A stretch of 64,000 nucleotides of DNA from Roseibacillus sp. (GTDB taxonomy: Bacteria > Verrucomicrobiota > Verrucomicrobiia > Verrucomicrobiales > Akkermansiaceae): NCBI GenBank assembly GCA_051251855.1, contig JBPOGI010000007.1, positions 192,001 to 256,000 of the forward strand, in the 5' to 3' direction. The first letter of the stretch is position 1; each line of letters opens with the position of its first letter. The notes below the pieces were generated by a model. That model did not search any database. It saw only the letters and a list, made by a program, of their open reading frames with translations, and was not told the DNA's origin. A program made the translations under genes and the position numbers. Of the stretch, positions 29,022-38,878 are shown piece after piece.

Positions 29022-31841
29022 TTATTTCCAATTCACCCTGACCCGTTGCTTCTCTGCCGAGAACTCAAGAGACCTCCCCCTTGAACCGTTTGATCTCAGC
29101 CGAGTCTCTCTAATTCTTCTCCAATTGCCTCCCTGTTTTTCCTCAACTATAAAGTCCAGAAAAGCTTCAGGTTCATTTTGCGGCTCCCCGTCCAAGGCCA
29201 CAAAAACCTGAGAGTGGGGGTCCAGAATGACCTTCATCGAACCTAGTAAGAATCGAATGGGGTTGTCCGTTTGATTATGAGCAAAAAATCCTCCCTCTAC
29301 ATCCCCGACAACTTCTGCCACCAATTTCCGTAATTCAACCCGCTCTTCATTCTTGCTCTCCTTCTGTCCCAATAGCCGAAGCACCAGCTGAGAATCTTCA
29401 CCCAAGGCTCCACGCAGTCCCATCCCCCAAAGAGCCACCCCACTCGCGAACTGAAAGTCCCCATCCGCCTTCGTCCAAGACTTCGCGTCCCCCTGCAAAA
29501 CAAACTGCTGCAACTTACTGACCTCCCCATCCGGCGCTTTGTGCCGCAACTTCACAGTCATCCAGTCCGGAGAATCATCCTTAGGGCGCACCTCTACTTG
29601 CTCTTGATATTTCAAATCATCCACTTCAGGCCGAACCGTATCCTTCACTTCCACCGGAACAACCTCATAGAAAGCCGTCACCTGATGGCCTGAGCCAACA
29701 TCCCCCGCATCCACCATATCATTATTGAAGTCCTCTTTCTTTAAAACCCGGTTGGCATATCCAATCAAACGATACTGGCCCACCTTGGCAGGATTGAACT
29801 CTACTTGAATTTTCACATCCTTCGCAATCGTCACCAGAGTTCCCGTCAACTTCTCCAAGAATACTCGACGCCCCTCGGCCAAACTATCGACGTAGTAGTA
29901 GACTCCATTACCGTCGTTGGTAATCGCCTCCAACATCGAATCATTCAGATTCCCGCGACCAAAGCCACACACGCTCAAGAAAACACCATCCTGCGCCTCC
30001 TTCTTCACCAACTCTACCAAAGCCTCGCGACTGGTCGTTCCTACATTAAAGTCCCCATCCGTGGCTAAAATCACGCGATTGATTCCCCCCGTCACAAAGT
30101 TCTCCTTCGCCAAGCGATAGGCCAACTCAATCCCTGCTCCGCCATTCGTCGAACCTCCAGCGGAAAGTCTCCCGAGCGCTGCCGCCACCTTCTCACGACC
30201 ACCCTGGCCCATTTTCGTTGGCTCCAACGCCACCCCTTCACTGCCAGCGTAGACCACAATCGCCACCCGGTCCTCTTCTTGCAACTCTTCTACTAACAAT
30301 CCTAAAGACTCAACAAGAAGAGGGAGCTTGTCCGAATCCTGCATCGAACCCGAGACATCAATCAAAAAAACGAGATTAGCCGCTCCCCGCTCATCCTTCT
30401 TGATATCCTTTCCCTGCAAAGCCACCCGCACCAGATTGTGCTTTGGCTCCCAAGGACAAGTCGCCATCTCCAATCCCACGCCGAAGGCCTCACCGTTGTC
30501 AGGCTGGGGATAATTGTAATCAAAATAGTTCACCAACTCCTCGATCCGCACCGCATCTTTGGGCACCGCCACACCATCTCTCAACATGCGACGAATGTTG
30601 GTGTAGCTCGCGGTATCAACATCGACTGAGAAAGTCGAGAGAGCCTCCTTCAAAGGATTCTTCCACGGCTGGTCGGTCAACTCCGCATATTTCGAGCCAG
30701 GCTCGCTATCTAGAATCATTGCTCGGTTTGCATAAGCTTGACCTCGTATGTTCAAGTTGCGCATCTTCGCTCTCTCCTCTGCACCTCGCCCCCAACCATC
30801 CCCAAAGTCAGACGGCTTTCCAAAGCTTGGCAACTTTGCCAGAACCTTTGGCGCGGGAGAGCTTGGTTGAGCGGGACGCCTACTCGCATTCATAGCTATC
30901 GCCTCCATCTTTTCCGCTGGTGCTGCCTCAGCAATCGCTCCAAATCTCCTCAAAGCCACTTTCTCCGAGGAATGCTTCAACTTGGCCTCCTGGAGCTGCG
31001 CAAGCGCCGACTCATACTCTCTTTCCGCTTCCTTATAGTCGTGCATCTCTGTGGCCAATTCAACCAACTCCGCATCCTTCTCTTCCCTCGTTCCTTCCAT
31101 CACAAGCAACTGCTCCGAAATCATTTCATAGTTAGTACGAAGACCTTCCCTCAACGTTCCAACCGAACTCTCCAGCTCTTCTTTCAAACCATTGAGCCTA
31201 TTCTCTTGAACCACTATCGACGGGTGCCTTTCACCAAGCCCTGAAGCCTTCAACTGCTCCAATTCACCTTCCGTCTTCTCATACTTCTGGTGCAAACCTC
31301 GAACCGAATTATTATCCACTGGCAACTCCGCCGCGTAACGAAGGACTTGTTCGTCATCAAGCGTCTCCATTCTGTTGAGGTAAATTCCATACTGATCGCG
31401 ATTCTTCTTCATCTCGAAGGCGTTCTTCTCAGCCATCATCTTTAACTGAGTCTTAGTTAACTGGGAACTATTGCTGGAACTATGAAAATGGGGCCTCCCC
31501 GTGATTCTCACGATGGTATCGAGCACCTTCCTCTTCGCCTCCACCTTTTCCTCCTGCGCCCTAATCAGCGCGTCCAACTCTGCAAGGCGCGCCTCTGCTT
31601 CTGCCATCGACTCCACAGCCAGAGTGGGTGGCTCGCTCGGCACATCCTGTCCTTTCTTGGAATACAAAACCGCTATTGCGGCAAACAAGACCATCGCCGC
31701 AACGGCGAGCACAGTCCTCACAAAATTACCCCTTCTGACTTTGGATTTGGCATTCGTGTCAACTCCCTCAGCCAAGTTTACATCACTCTCCCCGCGCAGC
31801 AGCGCATCCATCAAACGGTCATCGATCTCTTCTTTTTTCAT
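29022..31841 (-). CDS. Putative anti-sigma membrane protein with coiled coil and YfbK-like vWA domain
   Basis: Short cytoplasmic N-terminus plus TM; STFSVDVDTASY, VRIEELVNYF, LVFLIDVSGSM, NRVILATDGDFNVG, YRLIGYANR. Confidence 0.82.
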   Translation of the reverse strand: MKKEEIDDRLMDALLRGESDVNLAEGVDTNAKSKVRRGNFVRTVLAVAAMVLFAAIAVLYSKKGQDVPSEPPTLAVESMAEAEARLAELDALIRAQEEKVEAKRKVLDTIVRITGRPHFHSSSNSSQLTKTQLKMMAEKNAFEMKKNRDQYGIYLNRMETLDDEQVLRYAAELPVDNNSVRGLHQKYEKTEGELEQLKASGLGERHPSIVVQENRLNGLKEELESSVGTLREGLRTNYEMISEQLLVMEGTREEKDAELVELATEMHDYKEAEREYESALAQLQEAKLKHSSEKVALRRFGAIAEAAPAEKMEAIAMNASRRPAQPSSPAPKVLAKLPSFGKPSDFGDGWGRGAEERAKMRNLNIRGQAYANRAMILDSEPGSKYAELTDQPWKNPLKEALSTFSVDVDTASYTNIRRMLRDGVAVPKDAVRIEELVNYFDYNYPQPDNGEAFGVGLEMATCPWEPKHNLVRVALQGKDIKKDERGAANLVFLIDVSGSMQDSDKLPLLVESLGLLVEELQEEDRVAIVVYAGSEGVALEPTKMGQGGREKVAAALGRLSAGGSTNGGAGIELAYRLAKENFVTGGINRVILATDGDFNVGTTSREALVELVKKEAQDGVFLSVCGFGRGNLNDSMLEAITNDGNGVYYYVDSLAEGRRVFLEKLTGTLVTIAKDVKIQVEFNPAKVGQYRLIGYANRVLKKEDFNNDMVDAGDVGSGHQVTAFYEVVPVEVKDTVRPEVDDLKYQEQVEVRPKDDSPDWMTVKLRHKAPDGEVSKLQQFVLQGDAKSWTKADGDFQFASGVALWGMGLRGALGEDSQLVLRLLGQKESKNEERVELRKLVAEVVGDVEGGFFAHNQTDNPIRFLLGSMKVILDPHSQVFVALDGEPQNEPEAFLDFIVEEKQGGNWRRIRETRLRSNGSRGRSLEFSAEKQRVRVNWK

Positions 31842-31889
31842 CGTCTTCTCCTCTTAAAAATTACTTTGCGTCCTTGCGGTTCAAAAATT

Positions 31890-32399
31890 CTATCTCGCTA
31901 ACTGCAAACACTCCTTCAAAAGCGCCCTCGCCCTCTCCAGCCTCTTTCTCACTGTCGCCGCCGCTATCCCCAGCCTGTCCCCCACCGCCTCACTCTTCAT
32001 CCCCTCGTCATAACTCAGATTGATCACCTCCCCCATTTCCTCGGGTAACTTCTCGCGGCACTCTGCCAATTCATCAAAGACCGCAGGTCGCTCCACCAAA
32101 GCTTCCATCTTCGCTTCCAAGTATTCCAAATCCTCGTTCGCAAACTCCAGCTTCCGCCCCTGCTTGCGGCAAACGTCCTTCCACTTATTCCGAACAATCC
32201 CCCGTAACCAAGAACCGACATCACGAGTAACATCGAACCTCTCCATCCCTTTCCAAGCCGCCACCAACGACTCCTGCACGACTTCCCGCGCCACTGACTC
32301 GTCCCGCAAGAGCGTGCGGGCATACACCAGCATCATATCCTGGTGCTCACGTGCCACTTGCCCAAATACCGGGCGACTCAATGCTACCTCTTCTTTCAT
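31890..32399 (-). CDS. ECF RNA polymerase sigma-70 factor
   Basis: Region 2 EVVQESLVAAW..WLRGIVRN; region 4 VGDRLGIAAATVRKRLERAR; start at 32399 or 32417. Confidence 0.88.
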   Translation of the reverse strand: MKEEVALSRPVFGQVAREHQDMMLVYARTLLRDESVAREVVQESLVAAWKGMERFDVTRDVGSWLRGIVRNKWKDVCRKQGRKLEFANEDLEYLEAKMEALVERPAVFDELAECREKLPEEMGEVINLSYDEGMKSEAVGDRLGIAAATVRKRLERARALLKECLQLAR

Positions 32400-32429
32400 T
32401 ACTACTACGCCACTCATAACGTCACCCCC

Positions 32430-32458
32430 TATTCGCCGCAGCCTCACAAACTGTGACA
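32430..32458 (-). promoter_or_regulatory. Candidate ECF-type promoter of the sigma/anti-sigma pair
   Basis: Minus strand TGTCACA-N16-CGAATA immediately upstream of the sigma gene. Confidence 0.4.
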
Positions 32459-32636
32459 AAAGAATGAGAAAAATCTCCGAAAACGACAAACCAAGGCCCA
32501 CCAATGAAAAAAAACTTAAGAAATCATGACTTCTTAAAAACTCGAACGATGTCAAAAAGAAGACAAGACTACCCTTGTTCCTTTGTTAATCCCAGTTGTA
32601 ACGCCTATCGACTAACTAACGACTTCTATACCCACC

Positions 32637-33656
32637 GTGCCCCTCGAGAACACTCTCCCGGCCCTATCAGCGCTCGACAACCCCTCGAGCGACTCCTTTG
32701 CGTCCCCCAGCAACAGCCCACTCGAGCCTCAAGCTCCCGAGAATTGGGATGGTAATATTCTATCTGCAATTTCAGAAGTCACCACTCGATACCGCCCTCT
32801 CAACAAAATTGGCACTGGAGCTTCCGCCGAAGTCTTCCGGGCCCTCGACAGCCGCTTCGATCGCCACGTCGCCCTCAAGCGCTTCAATCAAGCCACCCTC
32901 GACAGCTCTCCAGCCGAGTCTGACTACCTCTCAGAAGTCGCTGCTGTATCTAAAATCTGTCATCCCAATGTCGTCCGTGCCTATGACCTCGACGACGATG
33001 AAGACGGTACCTTTATCATCTTCGAACTCATTGAGGGCATTGACCTTGAGGAAAAACTCAAAGAGCGCCCGCTCAACGCAGACGAAGTACGCCACTTCCT
33101 CGTCCAAGCCCTCGAAGCTCTCGTCGCGGTTCACCAGCAAGGCATCGCTCACCTCGATCTGAAGCCAGCTAACTTCATGGAGACCTCCTCTGCCAACGGT
33201 ATTCCTCACTTCACCCTCATCGACTTTGGCCGCGCCTGCGATGCGGCCCGCGAAAAAGAACGCCGTGAGAATAAGGACAAAAAGAGTTTACGTGGCTCCA
33301 TTCACTACATGGCCCCCGAGCAGTTCACCAATGGCGTCCTCGATGCACGCACGGACCTCTACGCCCTCGGTGCCATGGCTTACGAATTTCTCACCGGAGA
33401 AAAGCCTTTCGACGGCGACAACACCATTCAGGTCATGTCCGCCCACCTCACCAGCCGCGTCAAGCCCATTGGAGAAATTCTGCCCGACCTCCCGGCCGGC
33501 ATGGCCCCTTGGATCATGGCTCTCATCGCGAACACTCCCGAGGCCCGCCCCCAGACCGCCAAAGAAGCCCTCCGCAGCTTCCTCAGCCTTTCCACCCTTC
33601 AGTTCAGCTCCCTCGAAGTCACCGAGCCCTTCCCCGTTTTAGACAAGACCGCGTAA
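32637..33656 (+). CDS. Hanks-type Ser/Thr protein kinase (soluble)
   Basis: IGTGASAEVF, VALK, HLDLKPAN, DFG, GSIHYMAPE, DLYALG. Confidence 0.92.
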   Translation: MPLENTLPALSALDNPSSDSFASPSNSPLEPQAPENWDGNILSAISEVTTRYRPLNKIGTGASAEVFRALDSRFDRHVALKRFNQATLDSSPAESDYLSEVAAVSKICHPNVVRAYDLDDDEDGTFIIFELIEGIDLEEKLKERPLNADEVRHFLVQALEALVAVHQQGIAHLDLKPANFMETSSANGIPHFTLIDFGRACDAAREKERRENKDKKSLRGSIHYMAPEQFTNGVLDARTDLYALGAMAYEFLTGEKPFDGDNTIQVMSAHLTSRVKPIGEILPDLPAGMAPWIMALIANTPEARPQTAKEALRSFLSLSTLQFSSLEVTEPFPVLDKTA

Positions 33657-33712
33657 CGAACGCAGACAAATCTCCTTTCCCGACTCAAGGAAAGCGACTA
33701 ACACTCGGGGCT

Positions 33713-34903
33713 GTGAAAACGGCCTATTTCGACCTCGTCTCCGGAGCCTCGGGAGACATGATTCTTGGCGCTCTTGTTGATGCGGGACTCCCTGCCGAAA
33801 CACTCTCCTCCGAACTCGCCAAACTCCATCTCGACGACTTTCAACTCGCAACTAAGAAGGTCCTCAAGAACTGCTTCTCCGCCACCAAGGTCGACGTCAA
33901 TGTTTCCGATCACGCGCCAGAGCGACACCTCGCCGACTTACAGAAAGTAGTCAATGACTCTCATCTCTCCAACGCCGTCAAAGAAAAAGCCAATCGCATC
34001 TTCTATCGTATCTGTGAAGCCGAAGCCGCCATCCACAACTCCGAAGTTGATAAGGTGCACCTCCACGAAGTCGGCGGCGTCGATGCCATCGTCGACGTCT
34101 GCGGAGCCCTCGCAGGCATGGAAGCCCTCGGCATCGAGCGCGTTATCGTCTCGCCCTTCCCTCTCGGGCGCGGATTTGTCTTTGGTGCTCATGGCCAAAT
34201 CCCCCTCCCTGCTCCCGCCGCACTCTCACTCCTCAAAGGCTGTCCTGTTACGGGAAGCCCCATTGAAAAAGAATTAGTCACCCCCACCGGCGCCGCCATC
34301 CTCTCCGAAGTCGCCGATGGCTACGGCCCCATCCCTCCCATGACCCTCGACTCCATTGGCTACGGGGCCGGCACTGCTGACTTCAAATACCCTAACGTAA
34401 TGCGCCTTATCCTTGGCGACTCCGAACAAACCGGAGGACTCATCACCGAAACCCTTGTCCAACTCGAAAGTAATCTCGACGATGAATCCCCCGAAGTGAT
34501 GGGCCACGTCTCTCGCCTCCTCATGGACCAAGGCGCCCTCGACGTCGCTCTCATACCCGCTCAAATGAAAAAGGACCGGCCCGGCGTCCTCATTCAAGTT
34601 CTCGCCAAACCTTCTCACGCCGACAGCCTTCAAAACACCCTGCTCGCTCAAACGTCTACCTTAGGCGTCCGACGCAGCGAAGTTCGGCGCGACTCCCTCC
34701 CCCGCCGTATTGAAACCATCGAGACTGAAAACGGTCCCATCCGCGTGAAAATCGCCGAAGTCCCAGGGTTCGCCGCCAAAGTCATCCCCGAATACGAAGA
34801 CTGTCGCCTCGCCGCCGAAGAATCAGGGCTCCCGCTCAGCGAAATCTTCCAAACCGTCAGGCACGACGCCGCCCACAAGCTCAATCTGCCTCACGACCAC
34901 TAG
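33713..34903 (+). CDS. larC: Nickel pincer cofactor biosynthesis protein LarC
   Basis: YFDLVSGASGDMILGAL, HLHEVGGVDAIVD, ELVTPTGAA, MKKDRPG, TSTLGVR, PEYEDC; GTG start at 33713. Confidence 0.92.
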   Translation: MKTAYFDLVSGASGDMILGALVDAGLPAETLSSELAKLHLDDFQLATKKVLKNCFSATKVDVNVSDHAPERHLADLQKVVNDSHLSNAVKEKANRIFYRICEAEAAIHNSEVDKVHLHEVGGVDAIVDVCGALAGMEALGIERVIVSPFPLGRGFVFGAHGQIPLPAPAALSLLKGCPVTGSPIEKELVTPTGAAILSEVADGYGPIPPMTLDSIGYGAGTADFKYPNVMRLILGDSEQTGGLITETLVQLESNLDDESPEVMGHVSRLLMDQGALDVALIPAQMKKDRPGVLIQVLAKPSHADSLQNTLLAQTSTLGVRRSEVRRDSLPRRIETIETENGPIRVKIAEVPGFAAKVIPEYEDCRLAAEESGLPLSEIFQTVRHDAAHKLNLPHDH

Positions 34904-34929
34904 AGGGAGCAAGAGCCACTCGGACGTGA

Positions 34930-35005
34930 TGTTGGATATTGGATGTTGGATGTTAGGGATAACTTTCGAACACACGACCCAACACCCAAAATCCAAAACC
35001 TAACA
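34930..35005. repeat. Inverted heptamer-repeat hairpin between convergent genes
   Basis: TGTTGGA TATTGGA TGTTGGA TGTTAGG - 20 nt - CCCAACA CCCAAAA TCCAAAA CCTAACA. Confidence 0.65.
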
Positions 35006-35021
35006 CCGCCTTCCCCAAACC

Positions 35022-35900
35022 CTACTGCCGCCCTTTGAAGGTCAACTCCGCGATTCCACTCTTATCAAGGTCACCCAGCCCTTTCGCCACCATGGCATCA
35101 TACTGAGCGCGTGTCGCCTCGTTCACCGGCAAAGACAACCCAGCCGCCGCCGCTAGATCAGCCGCAATGCCCGAATCCTTTGCTGCGTGTTCCGAGGAAA
35201 ACCAACAATCATGATCCCGATCCACCATATCTTCGGCATCGGTCTCTAGAACCCTCGAGTTCGCCCCCGTCTGCGAGAACACCTCCCGCACCATTCCGAG
35301 GTCGAGTCCCAACGCATCAGCCAAGCCCAGCCCCTCAGCGAGGGCAGCGGTGTTAATATTCATCACCATGTTCACGAGAGCTTTCACCTCGGCCGCCTTT
35401 CCGATCTCGCCGCAGTAGCGAAGGTTCACCGAAAGGTCCTCCAGCAGCTTCTTGTGAGTCTCAAAAACGGACTCCTCTCCCCCAATCATCAAGTAGAGAC
35501 TTCCCTCCCGCGCCTGACTGATACTCGAAGCCATCGCTGCCTCCAGCACCTCAGCGCCAGCCGCTTTCCCGGCCTCAGAAACCTCCCGATGAATTCCAGG
35601 CGAAAGGGTGGCACAGTTCACGAAAGCCTTCCCCCTTGCTCCTTCTAACAACCCTTCCGCTCCCAAAAAGATGCCTCGCATCGCTTCGTCATTAGTGACC
35701 ACCGTAAAGATCACATCGGCCAATGCGGTCACCTCACTAAGTCTCTCCACGACCTTGGCTCCCAACTCCTCCGCCAATTCTGAGGCAGCATCTCGGTTCA
35801 AATCGAAAACTGCAGTCACCTCGTAACCGCAATCCAACTTCAAATGCCGCGCCATATTCGCGCCCATTCGACCCACTCCTACAAATCCTACTTTCTTCAT
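35022..35900 (-). CDS. NAD(P)-dependent oxidoreductase, 3-hydroxyisobutyrate dehydrogenase family
   Basis: VGFVGVGRMGANMA, AAEVKALVN, KD motif. Confidence 0.88.
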   Translation of the reverse strand: MKKVGFVGVGRMGANMARHLKLDCGYEVTAVFDLNRDAASELAEELGAKVVERLSEVTALADVIFTVVTNDEAMRGIFLGAEGLLEGARGKAFVNCATLSPGIHREVSEAGKAAGAEVLEAAMASSISQAREGSLYLMIGGEESVFETHKKLLEDLSVNLRYCGEIGKAAEVKALVNMVMNINTAALAEGLGLADALGLDLGMVREVFSQTGANSRVLETDAEDMVDRDHDCWFSSEHAAKDSGIAADLAAAAGLSLPVNEATRAQYDAMVAKGLGDLDKSGIAELTFKGRQ

Positions 35901-35912
35901 CTTATTCTAACT

Positions 35913-36734
35913 CTACTTGAACTCTGGGAAAAAAGGATTGTGCTTCTTCTCCTCGATCACCGACGTCATCGGTCCATGTCCCGGGCAGAGAATTGTCTCA
36001 TCCGCGAGGGTGAAAATCTCCTTCCGATTCGTTTCGAGAGCGGCCTGATAGGAGATCACTCCTCCGCCCATCGACTGCGCAAAGACCGCATCACCCACAA
36101 TAGCTACAGGGCGATCCAGCCCCTCAATCGCATAAGTGACCCCACCGGGCGAATGCCCCCAGGTCAGGCGAGTCGAAACCTTCAAACGACCAATGCGAAA
36201 TTCTTGCCCTTCAGGAAACTGCTCCGCTTTCGGAGCCGGCTCTTTGTCTAAGGTGTGTGCGGTCACTCCACCCCACCGCCTGACCTTTGACATCGCAGCG
36301 ATATGATCAGGATGAGTATGAGTTAAAAACAGCTGAGTCACATTGAGCCCGAGAGCCTGCACCAGCGAATAGGCATCATCAACATTGGTGCCGGTGTCGA
36401 ACATCGCCGCTTCCATCGAGTCTGGGTCCCAGACCAAAAAGGAATTCACCGTGTAATCCTCAAAGGGAGTCACGAACTGGCGCAAGCCCTCCATCTCGAT
36501 CGACTCAGGCTGCCAACTCCCATTCGCCTGCTCCACGAGACTATTGCCATCGAGTCCCAACGGAACCGCCACTCGACGCAAGGGAGCTTCCAAAAACTCG
36601 CCTCCTGCTAACTTCGAAATCTCTTCAACGGCCACTTCAGATTGCGCAGAAAGAGCCTCCCGAGACATTCCCGTGCCTCTCATTGCCTTACCAAGCACAT
36701 CCTCAAAATTATCTTCCAATGGTATTGTTGCCAT
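35913..36734 (-). CDS. MBL-fold metallo-hydrolase with N-terminal HTH-like segment
   Basis: THTHPDH, GHSPGG, GD, PGHGP. Confidence 0.88.
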   Translation of the reverse strand: MATIPLEDNFEDVLGKAMRGTGMSREALSAQSEVAVEEISKLAGGEFLEAPLRRVAVPLGLDGNSLVEQANGSWQPESIEMEGLRQFVTPFEDYTVNSFLVWDPDSMEAAMFDTGTNVDDAYSLVQALGLNVTQLFLTHTHPDHIAAMSKVRRWGGVTAHTLDKEPAPKAEQFPEGQEFRIGRLKVSTRLTWGHSPGGVTYAIEGLDRPVAIVGDAVFAQSMGGGVISYQAALETNRKEIFTLADETILCPGHGPMTSVIEEKKHNPFFPEFK

Positions 36735-36862
36735 AAGCAGGGAAAGGCTAGCGCGCAGGTGACATTTGTCTAGAAGGAGCTTATTTTGCGACCCTCTCGG
36801 TTAGATTCCTTTCATAAGCTTGGCGGGGCAATACCGACGCCAGCTCCACTCTTGCAAGGATA

Positions 36863-37234
36863 TCATTCCTGCGATGGTAAGGGAGTTCTTGGAGCGCGAG
36901 GCGCTTGAACCATCTTCTTAAAGAAGAAAGCATTGTTCTGCATAAACATGAGCTCCCAGCCTTCTTTGTGCTTACGATTAATAAAGTATTCGATCGCCAG
37001 CACTTCGAATTGGCCACTTTTCTCCAACCCATCTTTTCCACCGATTTGAGCCCACCTCTCAGGATCCACTTTCTGAAACCAAGCCAGCACTTTGCCTTTT
37101 GCCTCCTCTTCACCTAGTCTCTCCATCACATCCGGACCGGAGTATACCTGATAAGCCCTCTCATCCTCAGCAGCGGAAGGCGTTATCATCGTGAGGAAAG
37201 GAAGAACGGCAGCTAGAAATGTCGGTATTCTCAT
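36863..37234 (-). CDS. Hypothetical secreted protein
   Basis: Signal MRIPTFLAAVLPFL..SAA; EGWELM motif. Confidence 0.55.
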   Translation of the reverse strand: MRIPTFLAAVLPFLTMITPSAAEDERAYQVYSGPDVMERLGEEEAKGKVLAWFQKVDPERWAQIGGKDGLEKSGQFEVLAIEYFINRKHKEGWELMFMQNNAFFFKKMVQAPRAPRTPLPSQE

Positions 37235-37515
37235 ATCAGAATTCGTTAGCAAACAAGACATCCACTGAGAAGAAAAATGGGGCTATCTGTGATTCAGATA
37301 GCAAAAACGGAATCAGGTGCGTTCTGGTTTATCCTTGCAAATCTCCTCATCCCCCCTATCAGCCCCATGCGCCTCGTGCGCATTTTGACTCGTTTTGTTG
37401 AGTCAACCGCAGCCCTTCGTCTTCGATGATAGTTGGTTTTCGGATTTCACCCAACCCATCATCGAACCTCGCCCACCTCTGCCATGCAGAGAGAAGACCG
37501 GGCCAAATCGATACT

Positions 37516-38826
37516 ATGTCTACCTTTAAAGAGCTGCCCTTGGCCGCGCCTATTCAACAAGCCCTCACCGAACGCGAGTACACCGTCCCCTCGCCCATTC
37601 AAGCCCAGTCCATCCCCATCCTTTTGGAAGGCCGCGACCTCTTGGGTTGCGCGCAAACAGGCACTGGCAAAACTGCTGCATTCTCCCTACCCATCCTTCA
37701 CTTGCTCCATAGCAAACCCAAGCCCCTTCGTCGTAAGGCGCCACGCGTATTAGTTCTCACCCCCACCCGCGAGTTGGCTACCCAAGTCGGCAAAAGCATG
37801 GAGACCTATGGTCAGCACCTCAACTTTAAGCACACCCTCATCTACGGCGGAGTGGGCCAAAATCCGCAGGTCCGCGCCATGCGCGACGGCGTCGATATTC
37901 TCGTCGCTTGTCCAGGACGCCTGTTAGACCTCATCAACCAGAACTATATTGACCTTTCCCACGTGGAATTTTTCGTCCTGGATGAAGTCGACCGCATGCT
38001 CGATATGGGCTTCCTACGCGATGTCCAAAAGATTATCGATGAACTCCCCCGCAAGCGACAGTCCCTCTTTTTCTCCGCGACCTTGGCACCGAACATCGTC
38101 AAACTCGCTCACAAGATTCTACACAATCCCGCCACCGTCAGCATTGAGGCCAAGACCGCTACTGCCGAGACCGTAGACCATTCCGTCTGCTTCCTCTCCA
38201 GCGAAAACAAGCGCAAGCTGTTGCTCTCTCTCCTTGAGGAGCAGGGCGAAGGAGACCTCACCATTGTTTTCTCCAAAACCAAGCATGGTGCCAACAAACT
38301 CGCCAAGATGATCGCCCAAACAGGTATCGATGCCGAAGCCATTCACGGTAACCGCTCCCAAGCACAACGGGATCGAACTTTGGACAAATTTCGTGCTGGC
38401 AAACTTCCCGTGCTCGTGGCGACCGACGTGGCCGCCCGAGGGGTCGACGTCAAGGCCGTCACCCTCGTCATCAACTTCGACATCCCTCAGGAACCCGAAG
38501 CTTATGTCCATCGTATTGGAAGAACAGGACGTGCGGAAGCCACCGGGCGCGCCGTCACATTTTGCGCCGAGGACGACTGCGCTCTCCTCACCGACGTCGA
38601 GAAACTCATCAAACAACGCATCCCCGTCGACAAGGACCATGAGTGGCACTGGGATAGCCTCGCTGGCAAGCATGCCATCGGCAAAGGCGGCGGCACCCGC
38701 GCCAATGGAGGAGGCGGCGGCGGTGGAGGTGGTCGCGGCCGTGGTCGCCAAGGTGGTGGTGGTGGTGGTGGCGGCGGACGGCGTAACACCCGATCGACCT
38801 CTTCGAGCAACCGTCGTCGACGGTAG
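37516..38826 (+). CDS. rhlE: DEAD-box RNA helicase, RhlE-like
   Basis: AQTGTGKT, PTRELA, DEVD, SAT, ARGVD, HRIGRTGR; Gly/Arg-rich tail. Confidence 0.88.
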   Translation: MSTFKELPLAAPIQQALTEREYTVPSPIQAQSIPILLEGRDLLGCAQTGTGKTAAFSLPILHLLHSKPKPLRRKAPRVLVLTPTRELATQVGKSMETYGQHLNFKHTLIYGGVGQNPQVRAMRDGVDILVACPGRLLDLINQNYIDLSHVEFFVLDEVDRMLDMGFLRDVQKIIDELPRKRQSLFFSATLAPNIVKLAHKILHNPATVSIEAKTATAETVDHSVCFLSSENKRKLLLSLLEEQGEGDLTIVFSKTKHGANKLAKMIAQTGIDAEAIHGNRSQAQRDRTLDKFRAGKLPVLVATDVAARGVDVKAVTLVINFDIPQEPEAYVHRIGRTGRAEATGRAVTFCAEDDCALLTDVEKLIKQRIPVDKDHEWHWDSLAGKHAIGKGGGTRANGGGGGGGGGRGRGRQGGGGGGGGGRRNTRSTSSSNRRRR

Positions 38827-38878
38827 AATACTCGGAAACGAGACACAAACCACCGAACGTCCCGCTACCTGAGTTCAA

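Noticed and set aside
37385..37515. Riboswitch or thermosensor in the helicase leader
   Set aside because: Only a short TTGACTC/GAGTCAA hairpin is visible and I recognise no known motif
38687..38780. GGT/GGC trinucleotide run
   Set aside because: Encodes the ordinary Gly/Arg-rich tail of the DEAD-box helicase
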